A stretch of DNA of 59,056 nt from an uncultured Clostridia bacterium. GTDB lineage: Bacteria > Bacillota > Clostridia > Oscillospirales > Oscillospiraceae. Numbering within the stretch: position 1 is the stretch's first letter; each line of letters begins with the position of its first letter. The stretch lies in the NCBI GenBank assembly GCA_946184165.1, contig CAMHEN010000001.1, positions 1 to 59,056 on the forward strand, read 5' to 3'. Below are positions 29,446 through 37,570 of this stretch, one piece after another. The notes beneath the pieces were generated by a model. That model saw only the letters and a program-made list of their open reading frames with translations. It had not been told where the DNA came from and made no database searches. Both the position numbers and the translations under genes were made by a program.

Positions 29446-30441
29446 TTACTGCAGGGCCATGATCGCCTCATAGATATCCTCCATGCCGGCGATATTGGCA
29501 GCCAGAACGTCCTTGGTGGCCTCGATCCACGCGCTCTTGTCCGCGACTTCAGTGACGGTGCAGCCCATGTCAATGAGCTTCTGCTCCGCCTCTGCCTGCT
29601 TGGCGGTCACAGACGCCTTGCAGACCTGCATGGCATAGTCGGCGGCCTCCTGAACCATGGCCTTCTGCTCGTCGGAGAGACGGTCGAGAGCGGCGTCAGT
29701 GGCGATCAGCTCGATGGTGCCCAGAGTGTGGCCGTCCTTGATCAAGTAGGGGGCGACTTCCTGGAAAGAGTTGGAGAGGTAGTTGGTGATGGGCTGCTCA
29801 GCGGCATCCACAACACCGGTCTGCAGGCTGGTGTACAGCTCACCGAAGGAGACAGGAGTGAAGGCGGCGCCCAGACCCTTGACCAGGCCGGTCATAATGG
29901 GGTCGTCGGACACGCGGATCTTGAGGCCCTTGAGATCCTCGATAGACTGAACGTCAACCTTGGAGAAGAAGTGACGGAAGCCTTCTTCGCCGTAAGCCAG
30001 GCCGTTGAAGGGCAGGCCGACTTCCTTGGACTCAGCCAGCATTTCCTTGGCCAGGTCGCTCTCAACGAACTTCCAGTAGTGATCCTCGCTGGTGAATACG
30101 TAGGGGAGGGTCAGGAACACGCTCTTCACAGCGCCGTACTGGTTCAGGGCGAAAGCAGAAATGCGAACGATGTCGACAGAGGTGTCGCCGCCGAGAATGT
30201 TGGCGAGAACGGTCTTCTCATCGCCCATGACGCCACTGGCCTGGATGTCGACCTGGACGGCGCCGCCGGACAGCTCTTCCAGCTTTTCCTTGAAGGCAAG
30301 GGCCACGTCGCCGACGACAGTGCCCTCAACGGGATTGACTTCCGCGTAGGTGAGGACGATGGGCTCATCCGCGGACGCGGAGACTGCGCACAGTGCGAAG
30401 ATCATGCACAGTGCCATGGTGAGTGCCAGGAATTTCTTCAT
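29446..30441 (-). CDS. TRAP transporter substrate-binding protein (DctP family), secreted
   Basis: Track ORF to 30486. ATG 30441 (MKKFLALTMALCMIFALCAVSASA) lies behind GGAGGAG. The DctP-type body includes RVSDDPIM. Confidence 0.85.
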   Translation of the reverse strand: MKKFLALTMALCMIFALCAVSASADEPIVLTYAEVNPVEGTVVGDVALAFKEKLEELSGGAVQVDIQASGVMGDEKTVLANILGGDTSVDIVRISAFALNQYGAVKSVFLTLPYVFTSEDHYWKFVESDLAKEMLAESKEVGLPFNGLAYGEEGFRHFFSKVDVQSIEDLKGLKIRVSDDPIMTGLVKGLGAAFTPVSFGELYTSLQTGVVDAAEQPITNYLSNSFQEVAPYLIKDGHTLGTIELIATDAALDRLSDEQKAMVQEAADYAMQVCKASVTAKQAEAEQKLIDMGCTVTEVADKSAWIEATKDVLAANIAGMEDIYEAIMALQ

Positions 30442-30634
30442 GTGTTTCTCCTCCATATTATTATTTTGATGCAAACGCCTGTGCAAGAAAGGCCATTGTT
30501 ATGCATTTTTCGCTACACAAGCGTGCTCTTGTGTGATATTATATCATCAGGTTCAAAGTTTGTCCACAATCAAAATGGGCTTTCAAGATATAAAACATGG
30601 AGAAAACGGATGTGCCGAAAGCGGCTGATCCGGT

Positions 30635-31186
30635 ATGAGAAGAGGGGACGTCTGTATGGAAGGCGGAAAGAAGCAGCCCGTCCTGACGCTGGAGGGCAAT
30701 ATCGATGAAAAGGATTTCATTCGCTTTGCGATGTATGATTCTTTTAATAGAAAGAAGGCGTGGCGAAATCCGCTGCTCTTTGCACTGATCATGGCGGCCT
30801 TCGCCCTGATCTGTTTAGGCGGGAGAAAGACCCATGCAGAGGCGGTGCTCTTAGGCTCGGTTCTGCTCGGGATCGGGGTGGTACTCCCCGTCGTATGGGT
30901 GGGCATGTACCTCTCCTCCGTCCGCCGCCAGGCTAAAGCAAACGGTCTTTCCCGGGAAAAGCCGCAGTATTCTGTAACTCTCCTGCCGGACAAGATACAG
31001 GTGACAAAGGGGAAGGAACGCGCTGAATTCCCATGGGAGAACGTGTACCTTGTCCGGAAAGGGAAAGAATGCCTGTATATCTACGTCAGCGCTTCCAGAG
31101 CTTTTCTTCTGCCGGACTGTGAGAAAACAGACGCCGCCTGGGAGATCATACGCGCCCATGTTTCGGCGGAAAAGATATCAGCATAA
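30635..31186 (+). CDS. YcxB-like membrane protein
   Basis: Two central TM segments and a C-terminal ...LYIYVSASRAFLLPD motif typical of the YcxB family. The start may be ATG 30656. Confidence 0.55.
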   Translation: MRRGDVCMEGGKKQPVLTLEGNIDEKDFIRFAMYDSFNRKKAWRNPLLFALIMAAFALICLGGRKTHAEAVLLGSVLLGIGVVLPVVWVGMYLSSVRRQAKANGLSREKPQYSVTLLPDKIQVTKGKERAEFPWENVYLVRKGKECLYIYVSASRAFLLPDCEKTDAAWEIIRAHVSAEKISA

Positions 31187-31260
31187 TCCACAAAGAAATG
31201 AAAAAATATTTGTGAATTTCGCATTAACTGCCAAAAAGATACGATTTAGCGCTTTGCCCC

Positions 31261-31289
31261 TTGACAGTGCTGAAGCACAATGGTAAGAT
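31261..31289 (+). promoter_or_regulatory. Sigma-A-type promoter (TTGACA-17-TAAGAT) of the riboswitch-controlled ABC operon
   Basis: TTGACA at 31261-31266 and TAAGAT at 31284-31289. Confidence 0.6.
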
Positions 31290-31304
31290 GCAGCCAAAGT
31301 GAAT

Positions 31305-31460
31305 CGCTGATTGATAGAGGCGCGGTGTTCATCAGTACCGTCCGGCAAGGGCAGGCAGCCGCCGGAGAGAAAGGGATCATCGCCGAAGAATCGTCGCCCT
31401 GCCTGGAGCGCCGGTTCTGGGCCGCACGAGAAAATTGTGCGGACTGTCACAAGTCTTTGT
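31305..31460 (+). promoter_or_regulatory. Lysine riboswitch (L-box) aptamer
   Basis: Compared from memory with the B. subtilis lysC leader, the blocks are collinear: GATAGAGGCGCG vs GAUAGAGGUGCGAA; AGTA; GAGAGAAAGGGATCATCGCCGAAG vs GAAAGGGGAGCGUCGCCGAAG; CTGGAGCGCC; GGACTGTCACAAG vs GGCUGUCAAGAA. Confidence 0.75.
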
Positions 31461-31510
31461 GGAGCGCTATCGAAACACCGGAGAGGATTATTCCTCATAC
31501 CCGATTTTTC

Positions 31511-31539
31511 ATGGACCGCTGACAAAGCGGTTCATTTTT
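31511..31539 (+). terminator. Riboswitch expression-platform terminator
   Basis: ATGGACCGC-TGACAAA-GCGGTTCAT stem followed by TTTT, about 65 nt upstream of the SBP start. Confidence 0.65.
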
Positions 31540-31603
31540 GTATCATCCCTCACCGGCGGGGAAGATTGACCGGGGAACCGAAACGGTTCAGAAAGGATCT
31601 GTC

Positions 31604-32470
31604 ATGAGGAGAATTCTTGCTGTTGCCCTGTGTGCGCTGATGATGCTGGGTCTGTCCGCCGCCGCCTTTGCCGACGTACCGAGCGGCGTGGAGGACGGGG
31701 TCCTCACTATCGCGATGGAATGTGCCTACGCCCCCTACAACTGGACCCAGTCCGATGACTCCAACGGCGCCGTCCCCATTGCAAATGTTGAAGGCTCCTA
31801 TGCAAACGGCTACGACGTCATGATTGCAAAGAAGATCTGCGAGGCCAACGGCTGGCAGCTTGAGGTCCTCCAGTCCGACTGGGACTCCCTGGTACCCGGC
31901 GTACAGACCGGCACCTTTGACGCGGTCATTGCCGGCCAGTCCATGACGGCCGAGCGTGCCGAGCAGGTCGACTTCGCCGGCCCCTACTTCTACGCTACCA
32001 TCGTCTGTCTCACCACCGCAGACAGCCGCTTTGCCAATGCCCAGAGTCTTGCCGATCTCTCCGGCGGCTCCTGCACCGCGCAGCTTGCAACCATCTGGTA
32101 CGATAACTGCCTGCCTCAGATCCAGGGCGCGAACATCCTGCCTGCGGCCGAGACCGCCCCTGCCATGCTGATGGCTCTCATCACCGGCAATGTGGACTTT
32201 GTCTGCACCGACATGCCCACCGCCCAGGGCGCCGTTAATTCCTACAAGGACCAGCAGGAGCTCGTAATCCTCGACTTCTCCGGCACCGACGGCGACTTTG
32301 AATTCACCGAGGAAGAGCGCGCTGAGAACGTGAACATCGGCGTCTCCATGATGAAGGGCAACACCGTCCTGCGCGAGGCTGTCGACAGCGTTCTCTCCCA
32401 GATGACGGTTGAGGATTTCAACGATCTGATGGCCCAGGCGATTGCTATCGCCCCCACCAGCGAGGAATGA
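31604..32470 (+). CDS. Amino-acid ABC transporter substrate-binding protein (family 3), probable lysine uptake
   Basis: Signal peptide MRRILAVALCALMMLGLSAAAFA. PBP type-2 body (FDAVIAGQSMTAERAEQVDFAGPY). Sits downstream of the L-box. Confidence 0.85.
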   Translation: MRRILAVALCALMMLGLSAAAFADVPSGVEDGVLTIAMECAYAPYNWTQSDDSNGAVPIANVEGSYANGYDVMIAKKICEANGWQLEVLQSDWDSLVPGVQTGTFDAVIAGQSMTAERAEQVDFAGPYFYATIVCLTTADSRFANAQSLADLSGGSCTAQLATIWYDNCLPQIQGANILPAAETAPAMLMALITGNVDFVCTDMPTAQGAVNSYKDQQELVILDFSGTDGDFEFTEEERAENVNIGVSMMKGNTVLREAVDSVLSQMTVEDFNDLMAQAIAIAPTSEE

Positions 32471-32574
32471 TCGTAAATCAGTAATCCCGCAAGAAATCAG
32501 GATTAAGCCTCGGGCTGCCACCCGATGCTTAATCCTGTAAAAGAATATAAATAAATATATAAGGAGCAGACCGA

Positions 32575-33525
32575 ATGAACAAGTTTTCGCAGCTCGGTTT
32601 GGACATTGTAAAGCTCTGGGGCAAATACGGAAACTCCTATCTCCTGGGCGTGAAGAATACGTTGATCCTGGCCCTGGTGGGCACGGTGCTCGGCTGTGTG
32701 ATCGGCTTTCTCTGCGGCGTCCTGAACACGATCCCCTATACCAGGAACGACCCGCCCCTCAAGCGCTTCTTCCTACGCCTGATCCGAATTTTGATCCGGA
32801 TCTATGTGGAGGTCTTCCGCGGCACCCCGATGGTGCTGCAGGCGGTGTTCTTCTATTACGGCCTGCCCTATTTCTCCAATAACAGCCTCCGGTTTTCGAG
32901 CGTCTGGGCGGCGGCTATCGTGGTCGTCTCCATCAACACCGGCGCATACATGGCGGAATCCGTGCGCGGCGGCATCATTTCTGTGGACCCTGGCCAGACC
33001 GAGGGCGCCAAGGCAATCGGCATGACCCACGTGCAGACCATGAGCTATGTGATCCTGCCCCAGGCGCTGCGCAACATCATGCCTCAGATCGGGAACAACT
33101 TCATCATTAACGTGAAGGACACCTCTGTCATGTTCATCATAGGCTTTCCGGATTTCTTCTCGGCGCACCGGGCAGCGGTGGGCGCAAGCTATCTCTATTT
33201 TCCATCGGCTACGGTGGAAATGGCGGGCTATCTCACCATGACGCTGGTGGCCTCTTTCCTCCTGCGTTGGATGGAGAAGAAGATGGATGGCAGCTCCAGC
33301 TATGAGCTCGTGCAGGTCGATCCCCTTACCATGACGGCCGGCACTTACAGCTTCCCGGATCACGCCACACCCTTTGACGAGCGCAACCCCGAAGCAGTCA
33401 AGAGCATGCAGCGCGAGGCTCTGCGTCGTCAGGTCGAGAGGGAAGAGGCAGAGCGTCTCGGCAAGCGTGCGGAGACAAGACGCGACAGCGAAACGATGGC
33501 AGGCAGAAAGGAGGCGGACAGATGA
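32575..33525 (+). CDS. Amino-acid ABC transporter permease (His/Glu/Gln/Arg/opine family) with a roughly 90-aa hydrophilic C-terminal tail
   Basis: EAA-like loop ([28 protein letters not shown]). AAGGAG SD. Confidence 0.88.
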   Translation: MNKFSQLGLDIVKLWGKYGNSYLLGVKNTLILALVGTVLGCVIGFLCGVLNTIPYTRNDPPLKRFFLRLIRILIRIYVEVFRGTPMVLQAVFFYYGLPYFSNNSLRFSSVWAAAIVVVSINTGAYMAESVRGGIISVDPGQTEGAKAIGMTHVQTMSYVILPQALRNIMPQIGNNFIINVKDTSVMFIIGFPDFFSAHRAAVGASYLYFPSATVEMAGYLTMTLVASFLLRWMEKKMDGSSSYELVQVDPLTMTAGTYSFPDHATPFDERNPEAVKSMQREALRRQVEREEAERLGKRAETRRDSETMAGRKEADR

Positions 33526-34259
33526 GCGAAACAATTCTTCAAATTAACCACCTGTCCAAATCCTTCGGCAGCAATCTTGTTCTGCGGGATATCGACTTCA
33601 CAGTGGATAAGGGCGACGTCATCAGCGTCATCGGCGCCTCCGGCTCCGGAAAATCCACGCTTCTCCGATGCATCAATCTGCTGGAGACCCCGACCTCCGG
33701 CGAGATTCTATACCACGGCAAAAACATTCTCGCCCATGGGTCAAACCCCGCACAGTACCGCGCCCATGTGGGTATGGTGTTCCAGTCTTTCAACCTCTTC
33801 AACAACATGACGGTGCTGGAAAACTGTATTACGGGCCAGGTGCACGTCCTTAAAAGAAGCCGCAATGATGCCGAGAAGCATGCTATGGAGTTTCTCGAAA
33901 AGGTCGGTATGGCCCCCTATATCAACGCCAGGCCCCGGCAGATCTCCGGCGGTCAGAAGCAGCGTGTGGCCATTGCCCGCGCCCTCGCCATGGACCCGGA
34001 GGTTCTGCTCTTTGACGAACCTACCTCCGCCCTCGATCCCGAGATGGTGGGGGAAGTCCTCCAGGTCATGCGAAGACTCGCTGAGACAGGCATTACGATG
34101 CTCGTCGTGACACATGAGATGGCCTTTGCCCGGGACGTGAGCCGCCGGGTAGTCTACATGAACCAGGGCGTTATCTGTGAAGAGGGCAGCCCCGATGAGA
34201 TCTTTGGCAGCCCGAAGAAGCCGGAGACGGCCGAATTCCTCACTCGCTTTCGCGGATAA
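33522..34259 (+). CDS. Amino-acid ABC transporter ATP-binding protein (GlnQ-like)
   Basis: [35 protein letters not shown]. Confidence 0.93.
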   Translation: MSETILQINHLSKSFGSNLVLRDIDFTVDKGDVISVIGASGSGKSTLLRCINLLETPTSGEILYHGKNILAHGSNPAQYRAHVGMVFQSFNLFNNMTVLENCITGQVHVLKRSRNDAEKHAMEFLEKVGMAPYINARPRQISGGQKQRVAIARALAMDPEVLLFDEPTSALDPEMVGEVLQVMRRLAETGITMLVVTHEMAFARDVSRRVVYMNQGVICEEGSPDEIFGSPKKPETAEFLTRFRG

Positions 34260-34268
34260 AGCCGCTTT

Positions 34269-34294
34269 CCATAAAAAGTAGACACTTTTTATGG
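34269..34294 (+). terminator. Hairpin after the ABC operon (CCATAAAAAG-TAGACA-CTTTTTATGG)
   Basis: Perfect 10-bp stem 10 nt after the stop codon. The AT-rich stem has no clean T-run, so terminator function is tentative. It contains the AAAAAGTAGACA motif shared with 35539-35550. Confidence 0.4.
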
Positions 34295-34380
34295 AAAAGA
34301 TGCCGCGAAGGCGGCATACAGTTGCTGACGCAACTGACATCTCATACGATTTTCAACGCGCCATGCGGCGCTATAAAAAG

Positions 34381-34417
34381 AAGACGTTGTCTGCTTTTTA
34401 ATGAGAATCAGTATCAC
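34381..34417. repeat. Left arm of a 37-nt imperfect inverted repeat bracketing yebC
   Basis: aagacgttgtctgctttttaatgagaatcagtatcac matches the reverse complement of 35521-35557 at 32 of 37 positions by my hand alignment. Confidence 0.8.
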
Positions 34418-34422
34418 CACTT

Positions 34423-34461
34423 GGGACAGCTCCGCTTCGCCGGCAAGCTGTCCCCATTTTT
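34423..34461 (+). terminator. Orphan terminator-like hairpin (GGGACAGCT-N14-AGCTGTCCC + TTTTT) in the intergenic region
   Basis: 9-bp GC-rich stem plus a T-run, with no annotated gene ending here. Confidence 0.45.
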
Positions 34462-34707
34462 ACGGCCCGCAGCTTTTAATCCGGTGTGATCCTGCGGGTA
34501 TGCGCAAATGCTGCCGCCTGTCCGTAGGGGCGCCCCTGCATTGCAGATGATCCTGTTCTTTCTTACACGGGGTGCAGCGTTATGCATGAACGAAAAACAT
34601 GGATTCTGTCATACGCACCGAAAGAAAACCCTTGTCATGACTCTGGCATTGTGATAAAATATTTGCCGTTGATTGAAAACACTACTTTCGGATAAGGAGA
34701 GAATACA

Positions 34708-35451
34708 ATGTCTGGACATTCCAAGTGGCATAATATACAGAAGACCAAGGGCGCGGCGGACGCCAAGCGCGCTCAGGCCTTTACCAAGATCGCCCGTGAA
34801 ATGATCGTTGCGGTCAAGGAGGGCGGCGGCGGAGATCCCCGCAGCAACTCCAAGCTCGCGACCGTCATTGCGAAAGCCAAGGCCGCGAACATGCCGAACG
34901 ACAATATCAAGCGCACCATCGACAAGGCTCTCGGCGCAGGCAACACCGAGAACTATGAAAAGATAACCTATGAAGGTTACGGCCCTCAGGGCGTTGCCGT
35001 CATCGTCGAAACCATGACAGACAATCGCAACCGCACCGCGGGCGAGATGCGCCACTACTTTGATAAGTACGGCGGGAACATGGGCGCTGCCAACTGCGTG
35101 TCCTGGTCCTTCGACCGCAAGGGTGTCATCGTCATTGACAATGAGGATGAGGAGTTGGACGAGGACACCGTCATGATGGACGCGCTCGACTCCGGCGCCG
35201 CCGACTTCGAAAATGAGGGCGACGAGACCATGACCGTCTACACCACCGAGGATGACGTCGCCGCAGTTGCCGACGCGCTGACCGCAAAGGGCTACAAGCT
35301 GCTCTCCGCCCAGGTCGAGATGCTGCCCCAGAACGGCTACATCAAGCTCACGAATGAGGACGATATCAAGAACATGCAGAAGATGCTCGACATGTTCGAG
35401 GATAACGACGACGTGCAGAACGTCTGGCACAACTGGGAAGACGCGGAATAA
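34708..35451 (+). CDS. yebC: YebC/PmpR family DNA-binding transcriptional regulator
   Basis: MSGHSKWHNIQKTKGAADAKRAQAFTKIAREM... is the canonical YebC N-terminus. AAGGAG SD. TTGTCA-17-TAAAAT promoter at about 34632-34660. Confidence 0.93.
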   Translation: MSGHSKWHNIQKTKGAADAKRAQAFTKIAREMIVAVKEGGGGDPRSNSKLATVIAKAKAANMPNDNIKRTIDKALGAGNTENYEKITYEGYGPQGVAVIVETMTDNRNRTAGEMRHYFDKYGGNMGAANCVSWSFDRKGVIVIDNEDEELDEDTVMMDALDSGAADFENEGDETMTVYTTEDDVAAVADALTAKGYKLLSAQVEMLPQNGYIKLTNEDDIKNMQKMLDMFEDNDDVQNVWHNWEDAE

Positions 35452-35482
35452 GATTAGAAACCCGCTGTAAACTGATGTGTAT

Positions 35483-35519
35483 AAAACCCCCTGCTGCAAA
35501 GTGCAGCAGGGGGTTTTTA
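35483..35519 (+). terminator. Rho-independent terminator of yebC
   Basis: CCCCCTGCTGCA-loop-TGCAGCAGGGGG followed by TTTTT. Confidence 0.85.
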
Positions 35520-35520
35520 T

Positions 35521-35557
35521 GTCATACTGATTGTCATTAAAAAGTAGACAACATCTA
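35521..35557. repeat. Right arm of the 37-nt inverted repeat bracketing yebC
   Basis: gtcatactgattgtcattaaaaagtagacaacatcta is the reverse-complement partner of 34381-34417. Confidence 0.8.
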
Positions 35558-35664
35558 TTTTCTATTGAATAATAGTATGAGATATTCACCAATATGAAAA
35601 AACCGGGCACGCTGTAACGGTATATCTATATATTTGAAAATGGAAACAATCCCCGGATCCAGGC

Positions 35665-36474
35665 TCACGCTTTCGAATCCGATGCCAAAAACTGCCGCAG
35701 GCGCTCCTTATAATCCGGCGCTGTGTCGTAAGCGGCGTGGCCATATCCATCGTAGAGGTACAGGGCGCAGTCAGGCCGGGCTTTAAAATGCTCCGCGATC
35801 TGTATGGAGGCGTCCGCCCCCAGAACCCTGTCGTCTTTCGAGCCGATCACCAACACCGGGCACAAGATCCTGTCCAGCTCATTCGTCACATCAAAGCCGA
35901 AGGTGGCCTCCGCAAGACAGATAAAGCGTCGGAGCTCCTCGGCGGTCACGGTCCGCGCGGTCTCGGTCAGTAGTTCCCTGAACTGTTCAAACACGGTCGG
36001 CGGATAGAGCGACTCGCCGAAGGCGAGATAGAGTCCCGCGGCATCCCCGGCCCGTGCGAGGCCGATCCAGCTCTCGAACAGCGCACGGTGGGCCGCAGTC
36101 AGGCGGGCCGCAGAGGAGCCGAGCACCATGCGCCGCACGAACGACGGCTCCTCGATCGCAATCTCCAGCGCCATCATCCCGCCCTGGGACGCGCCGAAAA
36201 GGCACACGGGGACGAGCTTCAAAGTCTTGATCGCCGCAATCGTATCGCGTGCCATCTCCCGCACGGAATATGCGGAGGGGAGCACCTTCCGGCGATCAAA
36301 TACATAAACGGTAAAATCCTCTGTCAGCGATTCATAGGCGGCGGCAACGGCTTTGGCCGAGAGCATCACGCTCTGCACGCTGAGTCCCGGCAGGATCACA
36401 AGTGTTTCCTTTCCGCGCCCGAACCGAATATAGTCCATTGTGAATATGCCGGTATCAACGGTTTCGATATTCAT
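35665..36474 (-). CDS. Alpha/beta-fold hydrolase
   Basis: HG-type oxyanion region (LVILPGLS), nucleophile elbow GASQGG, and a C-terminal ...GYGHAAY catalytic His region. Confidence 0.8.
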   Translation of the reverse strand: MNIETVDTGIFTMDYIRFGRGKETLVILPGLSVQSVMLSAKAVAAAYESLTEDFTVYVFDRRKVLPSAYSVREMARDTIAAIKTLKLVPVCLFGASQGGMMALEIAIEEPSFVRRMVLGSSAARLTAAHRALFESWIGLARAGDAAGLYLAFGESLYPPTVFEQFRELLTETARTVTAEELRRFICLAEATFGFDVTNELDRILCPVLVIGSKDDRVLGADASIQIAEHFKARPDCALYLYDGYGHAAYDTAPDYKERLRQFLASDSKA

Positions 36475-36797
36475 TGCTTCCGTAACCGGATCGCGATGCG
36501 ATCCTCCGCTCCTTTCCGATAGACGTCCGCTCGACTGCGGCGTCTTTTTCCTGCAGAGATCATGTTCATTTTATCACAGCAGCGGATGGAAGACAAGCGA
36601 CGAAAGACGGCGGCCCTTCGGCGGAGAGACGAAGAACAATCCGGCATGTGCAGCTTGTTATGACTTGCGGCAGGCGAAAAATTTTTGTATAATAAAGGAA
36701 ATCCCAACGTCATAAGTATCCACCGGCATCATGTTCTTCGGAAATAAATATTTGCAGAAAGAAGCATACGGGAACCGTATACAAAAGGAGAATGGAA

Positions 36798-37337
36798 ATG
36801 AGCAAAAAAATCCTGATCATATCCGCAAGTCCGCGGAAAAACAGCAACTCAGAAGCCCTGGCGCGGGCCTTTGCAGAGGGCGCGGAAGCCGCGGGGCATG
36901 AGGTGGACTTTGTCTCCCTGCGCGGCAGGACGGTGAACTTCTGCCGCGGCTGCTTTGCCTGCCAGGAAAAGCTGCGCTGCGTGATTCATGACGACGCGGA
37001 CACGATCTGTCAAAAGGCACTGACTGCAGACGTTCTGGTTTTTGCCACGCCCATCTATTACTATGAAATGTCGGGGCAGCTCAAGACGCTGCTGGATCGG
37101 CTCAACCCGCTCTTTCCCAGCGACTATGCCTTCCGGGATGTCTATCTGATGACCTCTGCTGCGGAGGACGAGGCGAGTGTTCCCGAGCGCGCCGTCAGCG
37201 GCGTGGAGGGCTGGATCGAATGCTTTGAGCGGGCGAGACTTGCCGGTACGGTCTTTATGGGCGGTGTGACCGAAGCGGGGGAGAACCCGGAGCATCCCGC
37301 GTTGGATCTGGCGCGGCAAATGGGGCAGCGCGCATGA
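36798..37337 (+). CDS. Flavodoxin-like NAD(P)H-dependent FMN reductase family protein
   Basis: KILIISASPRKNSNSEAL..., CRGCFAC, VFATPIYYYEMSGQLKTLLDR. The track ORF starts at 36792; ATG 36798 has better SD spacing. Confidence 0.8.
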   Translation: MSKKILIISASPRKNSNSEALARAFAEGAEAAGHEVDFVSLRGRTVNFCRGCFACQEKLRCVIHDDADTICQKALTADVLVFATPIYYYEMSGQLKTLLDRLNPLFPSDYAFRDVYLMTSAAEDEASVPERAVSGVEGWIECFERARLAGTVFMGGVTEAGENPEHPALDLARQMGQRA

Positions 37338-37516
37338 AAGCCGTAAAGCTGGTCCCCGCGCTGATGCTCGCCCTGCTTTCGCTCACAGGGTGCGGATCCG
37401 CAGGGCGGATCCGGTCTGTCTCCGGCACCGGGGCTGAAACAAAAACGAAGCAGAAAACGAGGAGAAAGCAGATGAGCCGAGCAGAACGGATAAGTCCCTC
37501 TCCGCGCCAAATATGA
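37334..37516 (+). CDS. Small putative lipoprotein (60 aa), basic tail
   Basis: MKAVKLVPALMLALLSLTGC has a signal peptide and lipobox. The ATG overlaps the upstream stop (ATGA). The K/R-rich tail is low complexity, so this could be spurious. Confidence 0.4.
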   Translation: MKAVKLVPALMLALLSLTGCGSAGRIRSVSGTGAETKTKQKTRRKQMSRAERISPSPRQI

Positions 37517-37524
37517 AAGCGGCT

Positions 37525-37570
37525 GAAAAAAAGCCCGGCGGCTGTTTACACAGCCGCCGGGTCATTTTAT
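37525..37570. terminator. Bidirectional rho-independent terminator
   Basis: AAAAAAAGCCCGGCGGCTG-loop-CAGCCGCCGGGTCATTTT lies between convergent genes. Confidence 0.85.
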
